Assembly (NCBI RefSeq): GCF_001194135.2
Contig: NC_068990.1
Coordinates: 70,750,189 to 70,814,188 of the forward strand
DNA: 64,000 nucleotides
Direction: 5' to 3'
From: Octopus bimaculoides
Lineage: Eukaryota
Positions 36,313 to 49,915 of this stretch are shown piece by piece. Position 1 is the first letter of the stretch, and the number at the start of each line of letters is the position of its first letter. A program made the translations under genes and the position numbers. The notes under the pieces are model-generated. The model searched no databases and was not told where the DNA came from. It saw nothing but the letters and a program-made list of their open reading frames with translations.

Positions 36313-37486
36313 GAGAGAGAAAATTGCTGTCAGGGTTCTCTTGTAACTCCACAAACAAGAAATAATGACAGAGAGTTATCAAAAAAATGTTGAATATGCA
36401 GATATTTTCAAAATACTTAGTCAAAGCTTTTAGTCTTTTTGTTTTCATGGTGTTTTAATAAAACTCTTACTATCATATAGTTTATGTTCTTGCACTTAGC
36501 CTATTTACTATTCCTGACAGTTGTTTCCTTCTAATCAACCAGAAAAATTATTTGCCAGTGACAGTCTTTAACTGAAACACTCAACTGGGGGTCTGAAACA
36601 TTAAACAATACCCAAAAACAGAAACAGGTCTTACTTTCATAAAATGCCTTTCCAAGGAAAATTTAACACTATATTACCACTTATATGAAAATTATACAGT
36701 TATGTGATATATCTAACACATCATAAATTCATAATCAACATAATGAAAGTTATGTCTCCATAATTAGAATTTAGTAAAAGCAGGCAGTTTTGGTTTGATC
36801 TGTGACATTATGTTAATTGATTAAATGTTTAAGTGTAAATAGAAAGCTTATATATGAGGTAATGAATTAATCAGTCTCTATATTATACCTTTCTGCACAA
36901 TTGTCATCTAGTCTGTCATGACTAAAGGTTTTAGACATGAATGCCTGAAACACAGTCAGTCAATATATTCCTAAGAATATATTGTACTTAAAATTAAACT
37001 TTCAAACATCAGCACAGACAACTCTACATCTTCAGCAATAAATGTTTCTTTAATTTTCTTTAACAATTAAAGAATAGTTAATATCTACAACTCTAATTTA
37101 CTCCTTCATATTATGCCAATAAGTACAAAATTTTCAATATCAAATGTTTCTTATATATATATGCATTATGTAGATAGGGTTAAAATTCAATATGTGTCTT
37201 CTTGAAGCACATCTGCTTATTCCAATATTCCAAATCTGCATATAGATGTTATATTTGTGAGAGGTACGCATAAAAGTTGAACATCCTGGAAAATAACTTT
37301 TGCAGAGTAATTATATATCAGAACAGGAGAGTGAGAACATTTTTGACCTTATTAGGAGTTACAAAATTGTACATGCAGGTAGTACTGCATGTTTCCCCAA
37401 CATGTACAATTTTGTAACTCCTATTAGCTAATGAAACATATGTAATGGTAAATAAATAATACCAAAACTTAACTTTTTCCAATCTA

Positions 37487-37526
<40 letters not shown>

Positions 37527-37822
37527 TCATTAATACACTTGTAGGATGTTGATATTTTTCCATTTTGAAGATTAATTCTTGTAAATTTTTTCATCATAAT
37601 GATAAGACCATTTAAATATTTATTTGTTTTGAATAGTAAGCCCAATACAATCACATCTACTCAATCCTTTTTCACTAATACATTAAAGTACCTGAAAGTT
37701 CTATGTTCAATACTGACACATGATAAAATATTTTAATCAAATAGTTAGTTACATAATGAAAAAAAATTGTTTTATATAACTTTTCCTCGGAAGTATTTTC
37801 AACTGCTTCATATGATCTTAAT

Positions 37823-37890
37823 TAATTACCTGAAATGGAATAATTACCTGAAATGAAATAATTGCCTGAAACGAAATAATAACCTGCAAA
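37823..37890. repeat. 18-bp minisatellite, ~4 units (taattacctgaaatgaaa)
   Basis: Units start at 37823, 37841, 37859 and 37877 and decay progressively. Confidence 0.85.
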
Positions 37891-39596
37891 ACTATAACAC
37901 TTTGATGATGCCTCACAGAACCATATATTCAAGATTTTGCATTTTGAAGTATTTTGAAGTATTTTTCAGTCTCATACATGAAGAATATATACAAACTACA
38001 AACACTTTACAAAATATATATTAGTTTTAAGCTTCATAATAAACAGAAATCACATTCTAAGAGTCAATTAGTTTTAAATGTAAAGAAGCAAAATGAAGGA
38101 CAGCATTTAAAATCAAACATTTTTTCTTTTCTTTTTCTTAGGACAGATTTATATTTAGTCAGTGAATATTTTCTCTTGTCAAAATCTTTTGGAAATCTTG
38201 ATGCTATAATAATTATAATAATTGCTTTGTTAGCTTGGGGAAACAGAAAAATGGAATTTTGCCTTAGGGTAAAGTGTAGAATTTTGATTCATGAATTTTG
38301 GAGTAGACCAAGTGTGATCCTTATGTATGAAACTAGGAGAGAGTTTTTTGGAGAAAGGAAGGGAAGGGAAAGGCTCTGTCAATGAAAACTGCCTCATACC
38401 ATTGCTGAGTAATATCTTTGCTCATAAACTTCTCCAAATCAGCCTGGAATAAAATATTTCAGGTTTTACTTGATAAATTTTCATTGAATTCATCTAAATT
38501 ACTAATAAATCACTAATTTAATTAAATAGTAAACAGTAAAATCCATAATGGAATACTGCTAATTCATGTTTGATAGGGATGCTGCTGCTACATATGAGAA
38601 ACACCTTAGACTGCATTCTACAGATAGCTATCAAACTGATCGGTATGGAGTCACTCACCATGATATTTTAACCTTTAACTTACACATACACTGTCTTCTT
38701 GTTGTCTTTTCTACCATCACTACAATGGTTTCTACTCATTGCAGCTATTTAGCTGTGTACCTTATTTGTCTCGTCATCCATACTATTTCCTCTCCAGGTC
38801 TTGTATTAAACATTTTAATCTTCTCTCCTGCTACCCATTTTCTGTATTGTCAATATACAGGTGCTTAATAATGAAACACCCCTTTTGGGACCTGCATCAG
38901 CCATGAGAAAAGTCTCTTCTTCCTGACTAAACCATTGAAAAAAGAGGCAAAATATTTTTGAGTGAGTAAGAGGTACAATATTGTCTTATGATGGTTCCAC
39001 AAAATCTGCTGAGTTATAGGAAAAATAAAGAAGTGAATTGAATCTCTTACAATACTTAGTTTTATCCTTCTACATTTGATGCAAAACTGCACAAGAGCCA
39101 GCTTTGCATTTCATTCCTTTGAAAAGTTAAAATAAGTTTTAGTCATGGGCTGAGGTCAATTCAATTAACACTCACCCTCAGCCAATTCCTAGTCACATCC
39201 ATCTCTCATTCTTACTATCCACCACCCCAACTCATATTTATCATTGACTAACCCCTCTCTTTTACACACACAGACACATATTTATATATTAGATCAGCCA
39301 TTGATTCATATGGTAAATACTAAATACTGACAATTGGGATTTAGCCAAACCATCCAGTGATGGAGTAGTCACTACTGTTGAGCTTAATTCTAAGCGAAAC
39401 TAGACTAATATTGTGATTCTGCTTGCTGTGGGGTGGTCATCTCCCCTGACAGTGAATAGACTTGTGCTTCCTGCGGCTGTAAGGGATTTTAGTTCTTATT
39501 TCTAGCAATGTAGGTGCTACCCTGCACCATCAGTCACAATTAGTGACAACTGAATTTTTCCTTTTTGGTTTTCTATTGCATATAGCTGTCTTCTTT

Positions 39597-39635
<39 letters not shown>

Positions 39636-39639
<4 letters not shown>

Positions 39640-39890
39640 GTAGCTGGTCCTTTTGTCTTTAAGTTGCCAGATTAAAGCTGAAAGAGTTGTTGCGTGTCTC
39701 TCAGCACAATGTCTAAAATTCAAAAGATGGTTGTTACATTGGGATTTAAATTCTCCTTCAACAAAATCAATGAAACATTGTCATAGTTCACTGAAACCTG
39801 TGCTTCATAAACAATGGAGGATATATCACAATTGTGCCCTAGAGGACATTTAGATTTCTCTCTACACATGCATCCAAAGCAGGCTTGCAC
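39636..39890 (-). mobile_element. Penelope-like element, GIY-YIG endonuclease region fragment (decayed)
   Basis: Minus strand: CMCREKSKCPLGHNCDISSIVYEAQV, then after a frameshift FIDFVEGEFKSQCNNHLLNFRH...TTLSALIWQLKDK. This matches the PLE pattern CxC...CPL...C...IVY.A.V...YIG.TE..FK.R..NH..SF...T.LS..IW.LK. Confidence 0.7.
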
Positions 39891-40074
39891 CATCAGTTGC
39901 TTATTGATATATCTTTTAACATTGGGAGGTGGGGGAAATAAGACAGAGTTGAACTCAACAGAATTTGAACTCTGAGTGTAGTCAGAAGAAATGCCACTAA
40001 CCATTTTGTTTGGTATGGTAACAATTCTGCTAGCTCATCACCTTAAATGATAAAAGAGGAAAATAAACACATAC

Positions 40075-40166
40075 CCCAAGTATAGAATCTGTGGCCAAAG
40101 GAAGATTTTTCATTTTTTCCAGAATAATTTTTAGTTCGTATAAATGATTTTGTGCTTGACTCATTT
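40075..40166 (-). CDS. OSBPL6: ORP3/6/7-family exon E, coiled-coil (E-MSQAQNHLYELKIILEKMKNLPLATDSILG)
   Basis: attctgttttcag|AAATGAGT...CTTGGG|gtatgt; 92 nt, phase 1-0, in frame with exon D. The amphipathic helix sits where the vertebrate DLAHCQSNLVELSKLL helix lies. Confidence 0.88.
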
Positions 40167-40616
40167 CTGAAAACAGAATAAAAAATGTATTACTTGAGAG
40201 GAAAATCAATAACACAAAATAAAACTTAATAAAATTTAAAAAAAAAAAGGTTAAAACTCAGTCATTAGTACTCTATGCCTGACATTTCCATAATTTAGTA
40301 CATGGGCATTTCTGTCAGAAGAAAAAAAAGCTGACATTTATTTAGAAATTCTCAGTATTTATAATAAAAGATTACCAGGGAAATATTTATTTAGAAATTT
40401 TTGTAGTAAATATAAACTTTGAAAATGGAAACTTTAATATTTTAAAACTATTTTCTATGAACAGATATAACTCAAAAATCAATGACAGTTTTGCTGGTAT
40501 AAAAAAAAAACATAATGCTTTCAGTCTGTTTTCAAAGCTAGAATTCTTTCATTGCAAGGAACTAAAATTTTATGAAACATTTTAGGTGCACACTAGAAAT
40601 TGATTCTATGGGTTAC

Positions 40617-40778
40617 CTTTATTGCACTGGTGAATTCCTTCAGAATCTAATAGCCAGGCAGCTACTTTACTACAACCAGTTAACAATGTAGCCTGGTTTG
40701 GCCGACCTTTTAAACTTGCTTGCCGTACGCTTTCTTTCCCCATACTGAGAGTACGTGCTTTTTCAGGTAAATTTGCAC
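40617..40778 (-). CDS. OSBPL6: ORP3/6/7-family exon D (S-ANLPEKARTLSMGKESVRQASLKGRPNQATLLTGCSKVAAWLLDSEGIHQCNK)
   Basis: ttttattacag|GTGCAAAT...AATAAAG|gtaacc; 162 nt, phase 1-1, in frame with exon C. Contains the conserved SKVAAWL motif. Confidence 0.93.
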
Positions 40779-40956
40779 CTGTAATAAAATTAATATTTGA
40801 TACTTGCTTATTAAATAGCTAAAGTACTGAGGCAGTGGTGTGTGTTCTTGGAGCTTAATGCAGTCTTCCAGCATGTTGGATCCTGTCAAACTGTCCAATT
40901 TGTGCCAGAATGGAAGACAGACATTAAATGATGATGGTGATGATGATGATGATGAC

Positions 40957-40989
<33 letters not shown>

Positions 40990-43657
40990 GGTAACAACAA
41001 TGTTCTAACTTTTCTTCTGTTACTTGGGGTTTTGCACATCTGCATATCAGACCCCTGTAATATTTTTAGTAAAATAAAGTTCCCAAATTCATTTTCATCA
41101 ACATTTCTAAGCCCTCTCAGCCATACCTTAAGAGAAATAGAGTTGCGTTCTTTCCTATACTGTTTCTTTCTACAGTGGATGATTTTTGTTTATGCAGACC
41201 ATTTATTCAGAATTTTGCTTACAGCTAGAAATTGACCATTAGAGTATTAGAGTTCTATTGCTATCAAATTCATATTTTGGACATTAGAACTACATGCCAT
41301 CGGTGACATGCTCATTTTGTTTGTGATGTGTGTATGTTGTTTGTGTGTTAATTATAAACCCATGTTGCAATATGGGTAGTGCTTCTGTAATCAATCATCC
41401 AAATCTGTGGAATATCCTATAAGATAATGCAGTATTATCTGTTCTATTTTTCTATCTAGCTTTCTTTTATGCTGAAAAGGGTATTGTGTTGTAATTGCTT
41501 TTTATTGTAAATGCACAGTGAGCGTATGAGAGTAAATTGTAATTTTCCAGCCAATGTAACAGAATCATGAAGTTTGCACTTTTACTTTTATTATCAATTT
41601 ATAAATTGCATTGGTTGTTGGTAGTTAGTTCTCAGATTTACATTCTTACGGTGTGTTATCAATAAGGAGGTTTTTGATCTCATTGCTTGTGTAATATATT
41701 GTAAATGTCAGTTTATGGTTTGGTGTGACATATTTTATATTTTGCTTTATGAGATTTTTGATTATTTTCTTCTGTTCAGTACTTGCCGTGCATTTGATTC
41801 ATTTTATATACTTTGTATGTAATATATGTATTTTTAGAAGGGGTACAATCTAAAATATTTTTTTATATTGTATTTCTCTCAATATTCATCAGTAGTTTAG
41901 TCAATTAGTTTATTTGAATATCCTTTGTTAATTAGGATTTGTTTTATTCTGTGGATTTCTTTTTCTAGTGTTACATATGTGGCAGAGAGTCTAAATGCTC
42001 TCCTATGTAGTGATTTAACCTCTGGTATTCTGTAGTTATGTGAGCATTCAGTATCTCCATGTAGTATATGTATTTGCTTATATCTTGTGTGTATATTGAT
42101 GTAATGTATCTGTTGCTCTTAATTTGAATGTTTATGTCTAGAAGTGAAACCATATTACTATTGTTTTGGATGTTGAATTTTAATACAGAGTCATTTTCTT
42201 GGCCTTCTTTTCACCTCTTGACATCTTGTGTTCATTGCGAGTTGTTAAACATGATTTTAGTGTCACTGTAAAATAAGACCCTATGGTTGAACCCCAATGT
42301 TCTCTCTGTAGGATGAAATAAAGAACAGTGAATGTACTGATATGCAAATGAATAAAGTCAGTAGCTGTTACTCATTGCATTCTTCATTAGTATTTTATAA
42401 ACAACTTGCTCTCTCTCTCTAAGATGAAAATGACTGAACATTCCTGATGAGATGGTAGTCATCAATTAAACTAGTCAAGCTATTTATAGAGTTAACCTTC
42501 AAAGAGAGAGTCCTATATTTTAAGTACAGAGTCCATTTACACAGCAATGCTGAATACATATTTATTAAACACATGTATATTAAACCTATATTAATATATA
42601 TTTAGATATCACACCCCATCCACACACACTTTACATCATCTGTACTTCCACCTATTACCTCCTAGACCTACTCCTCCTTCTTCCACCTTCCCATCTGACT
42701 GATATTCACAAGAAACCATGCCTCCACTTGTGTTCACTACTAATTGCATTTCCTTCTATTCACTTGTCACTTTCCTTACATAGTCTTGCAAATTTACTAA
42801 CTTACCCACTTACCCTATCCAATTCTCTGTATCACTTTTCCTATAACTTAATGGTATGCTTTGATACATCTTCATCACCATCTTCTCTCTGTTTTTCAAC
42901 AGGGGTTATCAAGTATCTCCCCTCCTTACAAGCAAGACACCTGTACATCCCTGTATCATATATTTTTAACTTTTCATCACCTAGCATAAAACCATCTCCC
43001 TCAATACTACACTCATCTTGTAGTTGAGGGGACTCATCTTGCAAGTTACTTGGTAATCTCACTGGTGCTGATGCCATTTAAAAAGTACCCAGTAGACACT
43101 GTAAAGTGGGTGGTGTTAGAAACCATGCCAAAACCAACACTGGACATGGCACTGTCTACTGGTTTGTTGGCTCCTGTCAAACCAGCCAACCCATGCCAAC
43201 ATGAAAAAGGACATTAAATGATGATGAAAGAAAGAAATGAAAGGATACAGTCTAAATAAATTGAAAGATAATTTCTTTGGAAGTATTAGATTATGACATT
43301 CTCTTTTATTTGATTTTTTAAAAATAAATTTTAAAACAGTGATTTCAAGACCTGAGACTACATTATAAATCCATCATAGATAAGTTAGTTTTTCAGTGGG
43401 ACACCTTTTAGTAGTTCTGCAGTGGCTGAAACCATAAAGAGGAAGAAGGAGCCCAATTTCTGTACTTTGAAATTTATTGGGAAATATTTAACTTGCTACT
43501 GTAGAAATATTAAATTTCTAATCTTTCAAGACTGATTTAATCTGAAGCAAAAAGAGATAAGAAATGAATTCATAAAAATATTTCGTCTATAAAATAAGCA
43601 CTAATGAACAGTCATTATCAAAATAAAGGAAAGCAAATTTAGAAATAAGTCCTTTAC

Positions 43658-43808
43658 TTGTAGGAAGTGATGTAATTTCTTCAGTTGGAGAAGCTAATTC
43701 AGTCAACCTTGGTTGATCTTTAGTCCCATAGGTTATTTCATGTTGGCGATATAGTCTGTGATGTGTTAATCTTGAAAGCCATTCTTCAAACAGCTGGGGG
43801 TCTTTCAC
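43658..43808 (-). CDS. OSBPL6: ORP3/6/7-family exon C, PH C-terminal helix (VKDPQLFEEWLSRLTHHRLYRQHEITYGTKDQPRLTELASPTEEITSLPT)
   Basis: ttattctgccag|GTGAAAGAC...CCTACAA|gtaaag; 151 nt, phase 0-1. FEEW..L.HHRLYRQ.EI is characteristic of ORP3/6/7. Seen in the ORF track at 43587..43808. Confidence 0.95.
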
Positions 43809-46800
43809 CTGGCAGAATAAAAAGCAAAAACCAGTTATTTATTATACAATTATCTTCATATATAAACTACATATGTATGCATGTAGAAACTTCACATGTC
43901 TTTGTAAATAACTTTAAGATAGGAAGATATTGAGCTCTGAATGTACTCAAGATAAAGCTCTTTGATATACACTTCTGGAATTTATAGACAAAATTAAAGA
44001 CATATAGTATTTTTATGTTGTATAGGTTATCAGGAGGTATATGCTTCAGTTGAAGTTGTAAATTATTGCATCTTCATTAAGGCTACTATGTTCATACATG
44101 CACATGCATGCACACACACATATGTATATTAACATAACAAACCTAACTATGCCAGCTACAATAACATCACAAAATCTACAGGGTTTATCGTGGCTCAATT
44201 TAAAGTGTTGGTTGTCTGTACCTTAATATACAGGCACCAATTGTGAATTTCACATGTTCTATTTCTTAAAAGAAAGTACTATGCACACTGTTGTTGTTTA
44301 GTTCTAAATTAGTCCTGATCAAGCTGACATAGGACTAAAAGCTTTTCAGCCTTAATCATCTGTTTTATATATCCATGATTACATTATTCAATCTGCTCTT
44401 CCTTTTTGTAAGACTGAAGGAAATTTGGCTGTCATTTCTAACAGGTGAAGCAATAATTTGCTCAATGTGAATTCGTTAATAAAATGACAACCTTTAACAG
44501 AAAAAAAGTGTTGAATTGATAGAATATTAATGACTAGAGAGTATTTCAGGAAAGAAGGAGACAAAAGACTGAACTGGATGAAGGAGTAAAAGAATGAATA
44601 TTGTCCATGTCAGATGACTGAAACTAGGTAAATATAGTTAAGTTGACACGATTATACCATAATGGATAATAGAGTTGAATGATCTCATGTCAGCCATGAC
44701 AAGAGATATTTTTTGTCAAGGCTTTACAATGCAGTTCTGAATATGTTAATGAGAGTATGTGAGGAGTTTGGGAAAAATTGTTTCAATTATCCCTTATATG
44801 AGAAATTTGTAACAGCAAGAAATTCTCCCTGTCATTCACCATAACAAAGGTTAAAAATTCATCTTTCAATATCTGGTAGGTAGATCAGCAACACTGGAAG
44901 ATTTATAAGTGATCTTTATTGGTTGAAAGTGCAGATAACAGATTGAAGTTGGAAGGTGGACCTTTGGTGAATTTTCTTAAGAGATGAGAATTAGAAAGAG
45001 CATTGTCAACATTTCTAGGGGTGAAACAAGCAATATAAAATTTGTTGATATAAGAAAAATTGTGTAAAGAAATTTGTAAGGGCAGCATGATTAAAACTTT
45101 GTTGATATTGAGATAAATTGTTCATAAAATTTTCTTTGGCTAGGTGCTGGTAGTGTATAATGGGTAAAATGAGCTTAATAATAAATATTGCTTTCCAGAA
45201 GTCATACTGGTCATGAAATGACTGAGTGATTTAAATCATTTAGCATTAAGAATAAAATAAATCACTACATTTATAAAGTTATAAATTAATCCTATTGTAT
45301 ATATAATATATTAAGAATAAAATGACAATTTTTTTTGCTTCTGTCATGGCTAGAGTTCATAGATCTTATTTAATCTCATAAAGGTATTAGTACAATTTAT
45401 TGACTAACTTTAATATATACACATAAGTAGCTCAGCAGGAAAGAAACAGCACATATGGTTTAGCTGATTGGGTTTATCAAATAATAATTAAATATCTTTG
45501 TTCATTAATCTCAGCATTGTACAACTCAGCTTTTATTGAATGATTAATTAGAATAAAGTGAAATTCCTTTACAGAAAACAAGAAAGGCATTAGAGCCAGA
45601 ATATATTGTGTGATGAGAAATAATTATAGGAATAGGATTAAAGGATAAAAGTATATTGTTTAATAACTTCAAAAATATAAGATATAACAGATATTGAATC
45701 TGATATATTAAAGTTGAAACAAATTTAATGACAGCATACAAACTCATAGACTTCCCTATAAAGTAAAATAAAATTATAAATCACTGATTCATAATTGTTG
45801 GATTAAAAATTCCTTTGTGAACTTGAATGTTTAGAAGGTTTTAAAAGCATTAAATTTCCTCAAAAATTCATAGTAATTATTTGAATATGAAATTAATTTA
45901 AAGGTATTTAAGTAAACAAAATCAGAGTTAAAATATTCTCATTTAGCAACAAGATCTTATTAAATTTGGTTCATAATATAAATAAGCACAAATTATATAA
46001 GGTGTTTTTAAACTCTTTCCATCCAAAAATACATAATACACAGCAAATAGGAATTCATTAAGAATAATTATTTTAAAATAATCATTTAGAAATTCAGTTA
46101 GCAACTAATATTTCACATCCTATAAAGTTATACAAGTTCTGTTCAAAGAAGTTAATATACATTTTAAACACAATTCTGTGAGTATCAGTTCTTTGACTTT
46201 AGACTACTTCCTCAAATTGGTGGTAAATTTTGGTATCACCTGGCACTAAAAGAAATAAGAACTTTAAAAATGTTGCAACTCAATGTATTATTTTAATACT
46301 GAATTTTATACCTTATTATTTTCTCAAACCTATATGTTAGTATTTTCAGAAACAGCTATGCTAATTAACACAAGAATCTAGTGTCTCAATGAAATTTCTG
46401 CAGAAAGCAGTATGTGAAAAATCTTGGCAAAAATAACAAGATATATCACATTTATGTGTTGTGAGACATTAATTGATTATGGTGTTTGACATCTTTTGTC
46501 TTAAGCAAGAATGTTTTCTCCATTACAAACTGCATTGAAAAGCCTGTTGTGAATTCAAATATTTCTCAATATATTTGAACTGGTCTTAAGTCAATTAATT
46601 GACTTTTATTAAAACAGATCATCAATGGTTTCCTTGGACTGTAATGTTTTCAATGCAATAATCAGTTAGTTATGTCAATGAGTTAACGATAAGGAATAAT
46701 AAGGAATATAAATGCTTTTAGAAAGGACAACACTACTAAGATGGTGGGAATGAGATTGCTTAAAGGTAATTTCTATGACAAAATTTTAAAAACATGTGGC

Positions 46801-47314
46801 AACCCTTCTGTTACTATGTTTCTGTGGAAATACGCTATCTTTGATGCAAGTGATTTCAAAAATGATGAAACAATTTAGTAAAGTAGCTGCCCTTATGAAG
46901 CTGGTGTTTGAAACATAATTAAACATGAAATTTTGATTAGAGGTTTTAATTTTTATCAATTTACAAGAAGTAAGTATTCTGTGTGTGCATGTGTGTGTGT
47001 GTGTGTGCATGCATGCATGTGCATGTGTGTATGCATGTATTTTTACCAACGTATAACAACAAAAGGATGTAAGAAAAAAAAAAAAAAAGCTGATGCTTCA
47101 CAAACCAGTCCCTTGTAATATTTGCTCTGAATCAAATGTTTGCTCCAGATACTCCCATGATACTCATGCTATCAAAAACACAGTGAACAAGAGATTGGAC
47201 AAATGGAAACTTGTACCTAATGATATCATAGATTGCCAACTATGATATAAAAGAAATAAATGCCAAGATGTATCAGCAGAAAATATTAAGTTTCAGTTGC
47301 CATTGAATTGACAA

Positions 47315-47315
47315 T

Positions 47316-47367
<52 letters not shown>
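47315..47367. repeat. (TAG)n microsatellite
   Basis: Directly visible. Confidence 0.95.
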
Positions 47368-47681
47368 CTGTTGTTGAGTAACTGTATTCAGCTCTGCATG
47401 AGTAGGCTTATAAGTGGGAGATAATAAATCAAACATTTAGGAGTAGCACCTAGATCTTGTACTCTACACAGTTAGGTTTGTCTTGTGATCCTGCTGTACA
47501 CTGTAACATACAATATTTGTCTGCCTAAACATAACTTAGTAATAACTGAAATGTTATTTACCACTTAGTTTATGGGACACAGTAGAGACTAGCAAAATGA
47601 AAGCAGAGAACAACAGCATTAAGTTCTTTGGAATTTAATAAGGGTGGGTGGTAACCCATCTGACAATATGGACTCTATGTA

Positions 47682-48389
47682 TTTAGTTGGCAAGAAAGTA
47701 ATTTTGATTTTCACAAATAGATAGAGTTACAATTTTTTTTAATGACTTTCGTCAACGTTATAACTTTTTTTATTTTTTGACATTTGATAGCCGTTACTTT
47801 TAGCTTACTGTAGAAGCAAATTGCGCATAATTTTGTTTACAGCTCTCAGTTCAGTGTCAACTTTAACACAGAGTGCAAAAATGAACATTTTTGCCATATT
47901 TTGCTTTTTCATTTCTATAATGGCATGAAAGCTGCTGAGGCTCACAAAAGAGATATGTGAAGTTTATGGTGTTGATTACTAAACAAAACGCACATGTCAG
48001 AAATGGTTTAAAAAATTCCCTTCTGGAGATTTTTCACTCAAAGAAGACCAACATTCTGTTCAACCAACTGAAGTTGATGATGACCGATTCAGAGTCATAA
48101 CTGAATCTGATTGTCATATAACTGTGCAAGAGATTGCAGAGAGGTTAAATGTATCACACTCAACAATCGACAATCACTTAAAACATCTTCGACTTGTTAA
48201 GAAGCTTGAATATTTGGCTGATAAGGACCAGAAAGTCTATGAGCGTGGAATCATGAAGTTGCCAGAAAGATGGCAAAAGGTTATCAAACAAAATGGAAAA
48301 CATATAATTGATTAAAGTTCATTCTTTGTATGAAAAAAAAAAGACTTATTTCACACTAAAAAACTGAAATTACTTTCTTGTCAACCCAA
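47682..48389 (+). mobile_element. Internally deleted mariner (708 bp): HTH region fused to the C-terminal tail
   Basis: TA-flanked TIRs ttagttggcaagaaagtaatt and aattactttcttgtcaacccaa. The HTH region (MKAAEAHKR..CQKWFKKF..TVQEIAERLNVSHSTIDNHLKHL..VKKL) joins directly to YERGIMKLPERWQKVIKQNGKHIID*. Confidence 0.88.
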
Positions 48390-48862
48390 TAGTTATTAAT
48401 ATAACAGGTATTTTGATCATCTGTGTATGTGTGAGAGAGAGATTTGTATATTAGTACATGGTGGTGGAAGGGAGAGATAGTGTTCTTCAAGTGGTGTTGA
48501 ATTGTTCTGTTGATGTCACAAGATTGTGGTTGGTGGGACAAGTAATTACAAGGGTTATAAATGGCTAAAAGAAATAGAAACTATATGTCAACATATTGAC
48601 AGAGTACAGAGTGATGATATCTTGAATGCTTTTCTTTTAGATTATTGCAATGTATTTTGAGGAACAGAAACTATTAGAACATAAGTGCAATAAATGTAAC
48701 CATGAAGTGAAGAATTGAATGAATGGTACAGTAAATGTAGAGTAGTAGATAAGTTCCAGAACATAGTTAATATAATTACAACTTGAAGTCTGTGGGAATG
48801 GTGGAAATTTAGCACTACTAATAACCTTTATGTAAATAGCAAACATCTCAGATAATACTTAC

Positions 48863-48976
48863 TTTCACATGATGCACCAGCTCTTCAGCATCTATATCTA
48901 TCCTACGTTGGCATCTCTTAAAACAAAGGACTGATAACCCAATGTCGATAACTCCATGGTATTTACCTTTTTGAAT
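48863..48976 (-). CDS. OSBPL6: ORP3/6/7-family PH-domain exon B (IQKGKYHGVIDIGLSVLCFKRCQRRIDIDAEELVHHVK)
   Basis: ccactttcag|ATTCAAAAA...CATGTGAAA|gtaagt; 114 nt, phase 0-0. Resembles the vertebrate HGCIDVGLSV...IDLDTEE.IYHLK segment. Confidence 0.95.
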
Positions 48977-49831
48977 CTGAAAGTGGAGTACAAAACAAAA
49001 ATAACAACAATGATAGTTAAAATGCTACCACCCCTTGTCCATTTTCTAGTTGACATGGGATGGACAGGTAATCATGATCTAAGTCAAATTTTATTTAGAG
49101 TTATTACTCTCCTAAATGGGTCACCTTTCTCGTACATTCCATTTTGGCAGGGCTGCTATATCTGAATGTCCTTCCTAACACCAACTACTATACAGAGGGC
49201 AGCGGGTGCAGTTTCTTGTGACAGCAGCACTAAAAGATGTCATGTCCTCAGCAAGATTAAAAAGTCCTCAAGTTTATGTTGTCTCCATTCATTTACCAAA
49301 CACTTTATAGAGTATGCTGAATGCATTTTATTGAGGAATTAACATAAGTGAAGTTGTCTTGTCCTGTGCAAGACTAAATAGTTCTTATTATTCTGTTCAT
49401 TCAAAGTAACATGACCAAGAGGGTGAATAGAAGACTGTGATGAGAGAGACAGAGCAACAGGAAGAAGCTGAATAGAAGAGACAGTATGAGTGTGCGAATG
49501 AGAAGGTGGCAGAATAATGGGAATGAGGTGGTATTAGGGGTGGGAGTAATGGAAGAGAGACAGTGACAGAAGTTGCATGCTAGGAGGAGACAGGATAGAG
49601 AAAGGCGGAAGGATGGTTATGAAGATGGGTTATTGTAAGAGAGGGTGAGAGATAGATAGCAAGAGAGGACAATGTTACAAGAGCATAGTGGACTTCAATA
49701 ACAGGTGATATATTGTTTTGAATCTAAGTGCTAGAAGAAAATACCATCACCATCATAATATGTTTATTTTCATTTTGATATGAGTTGGTTTGGTGATCTT
49801 GGTTCCATTTAGTGGAGTAAATGAGGAGTGG

Positions 49832-49834
<3 letters not shown>

Positions 49835-49912
<78 letters not shown>

Positions 49913-49915
49913 AGA
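49835..49915. repeat. (AG)n microsatellite
   Basis: Directly visible. Confidence 0.95.

Noticed and set aside
73-36448. Many ORF-track entries rich in YI/IY, HT/CV, poly-I, poly-X, RE or SL
   Set aside because: They are translations of (TA)n, (CA)n, (TAA)n and (AG)n microsatellites or N-gaps, not genes.
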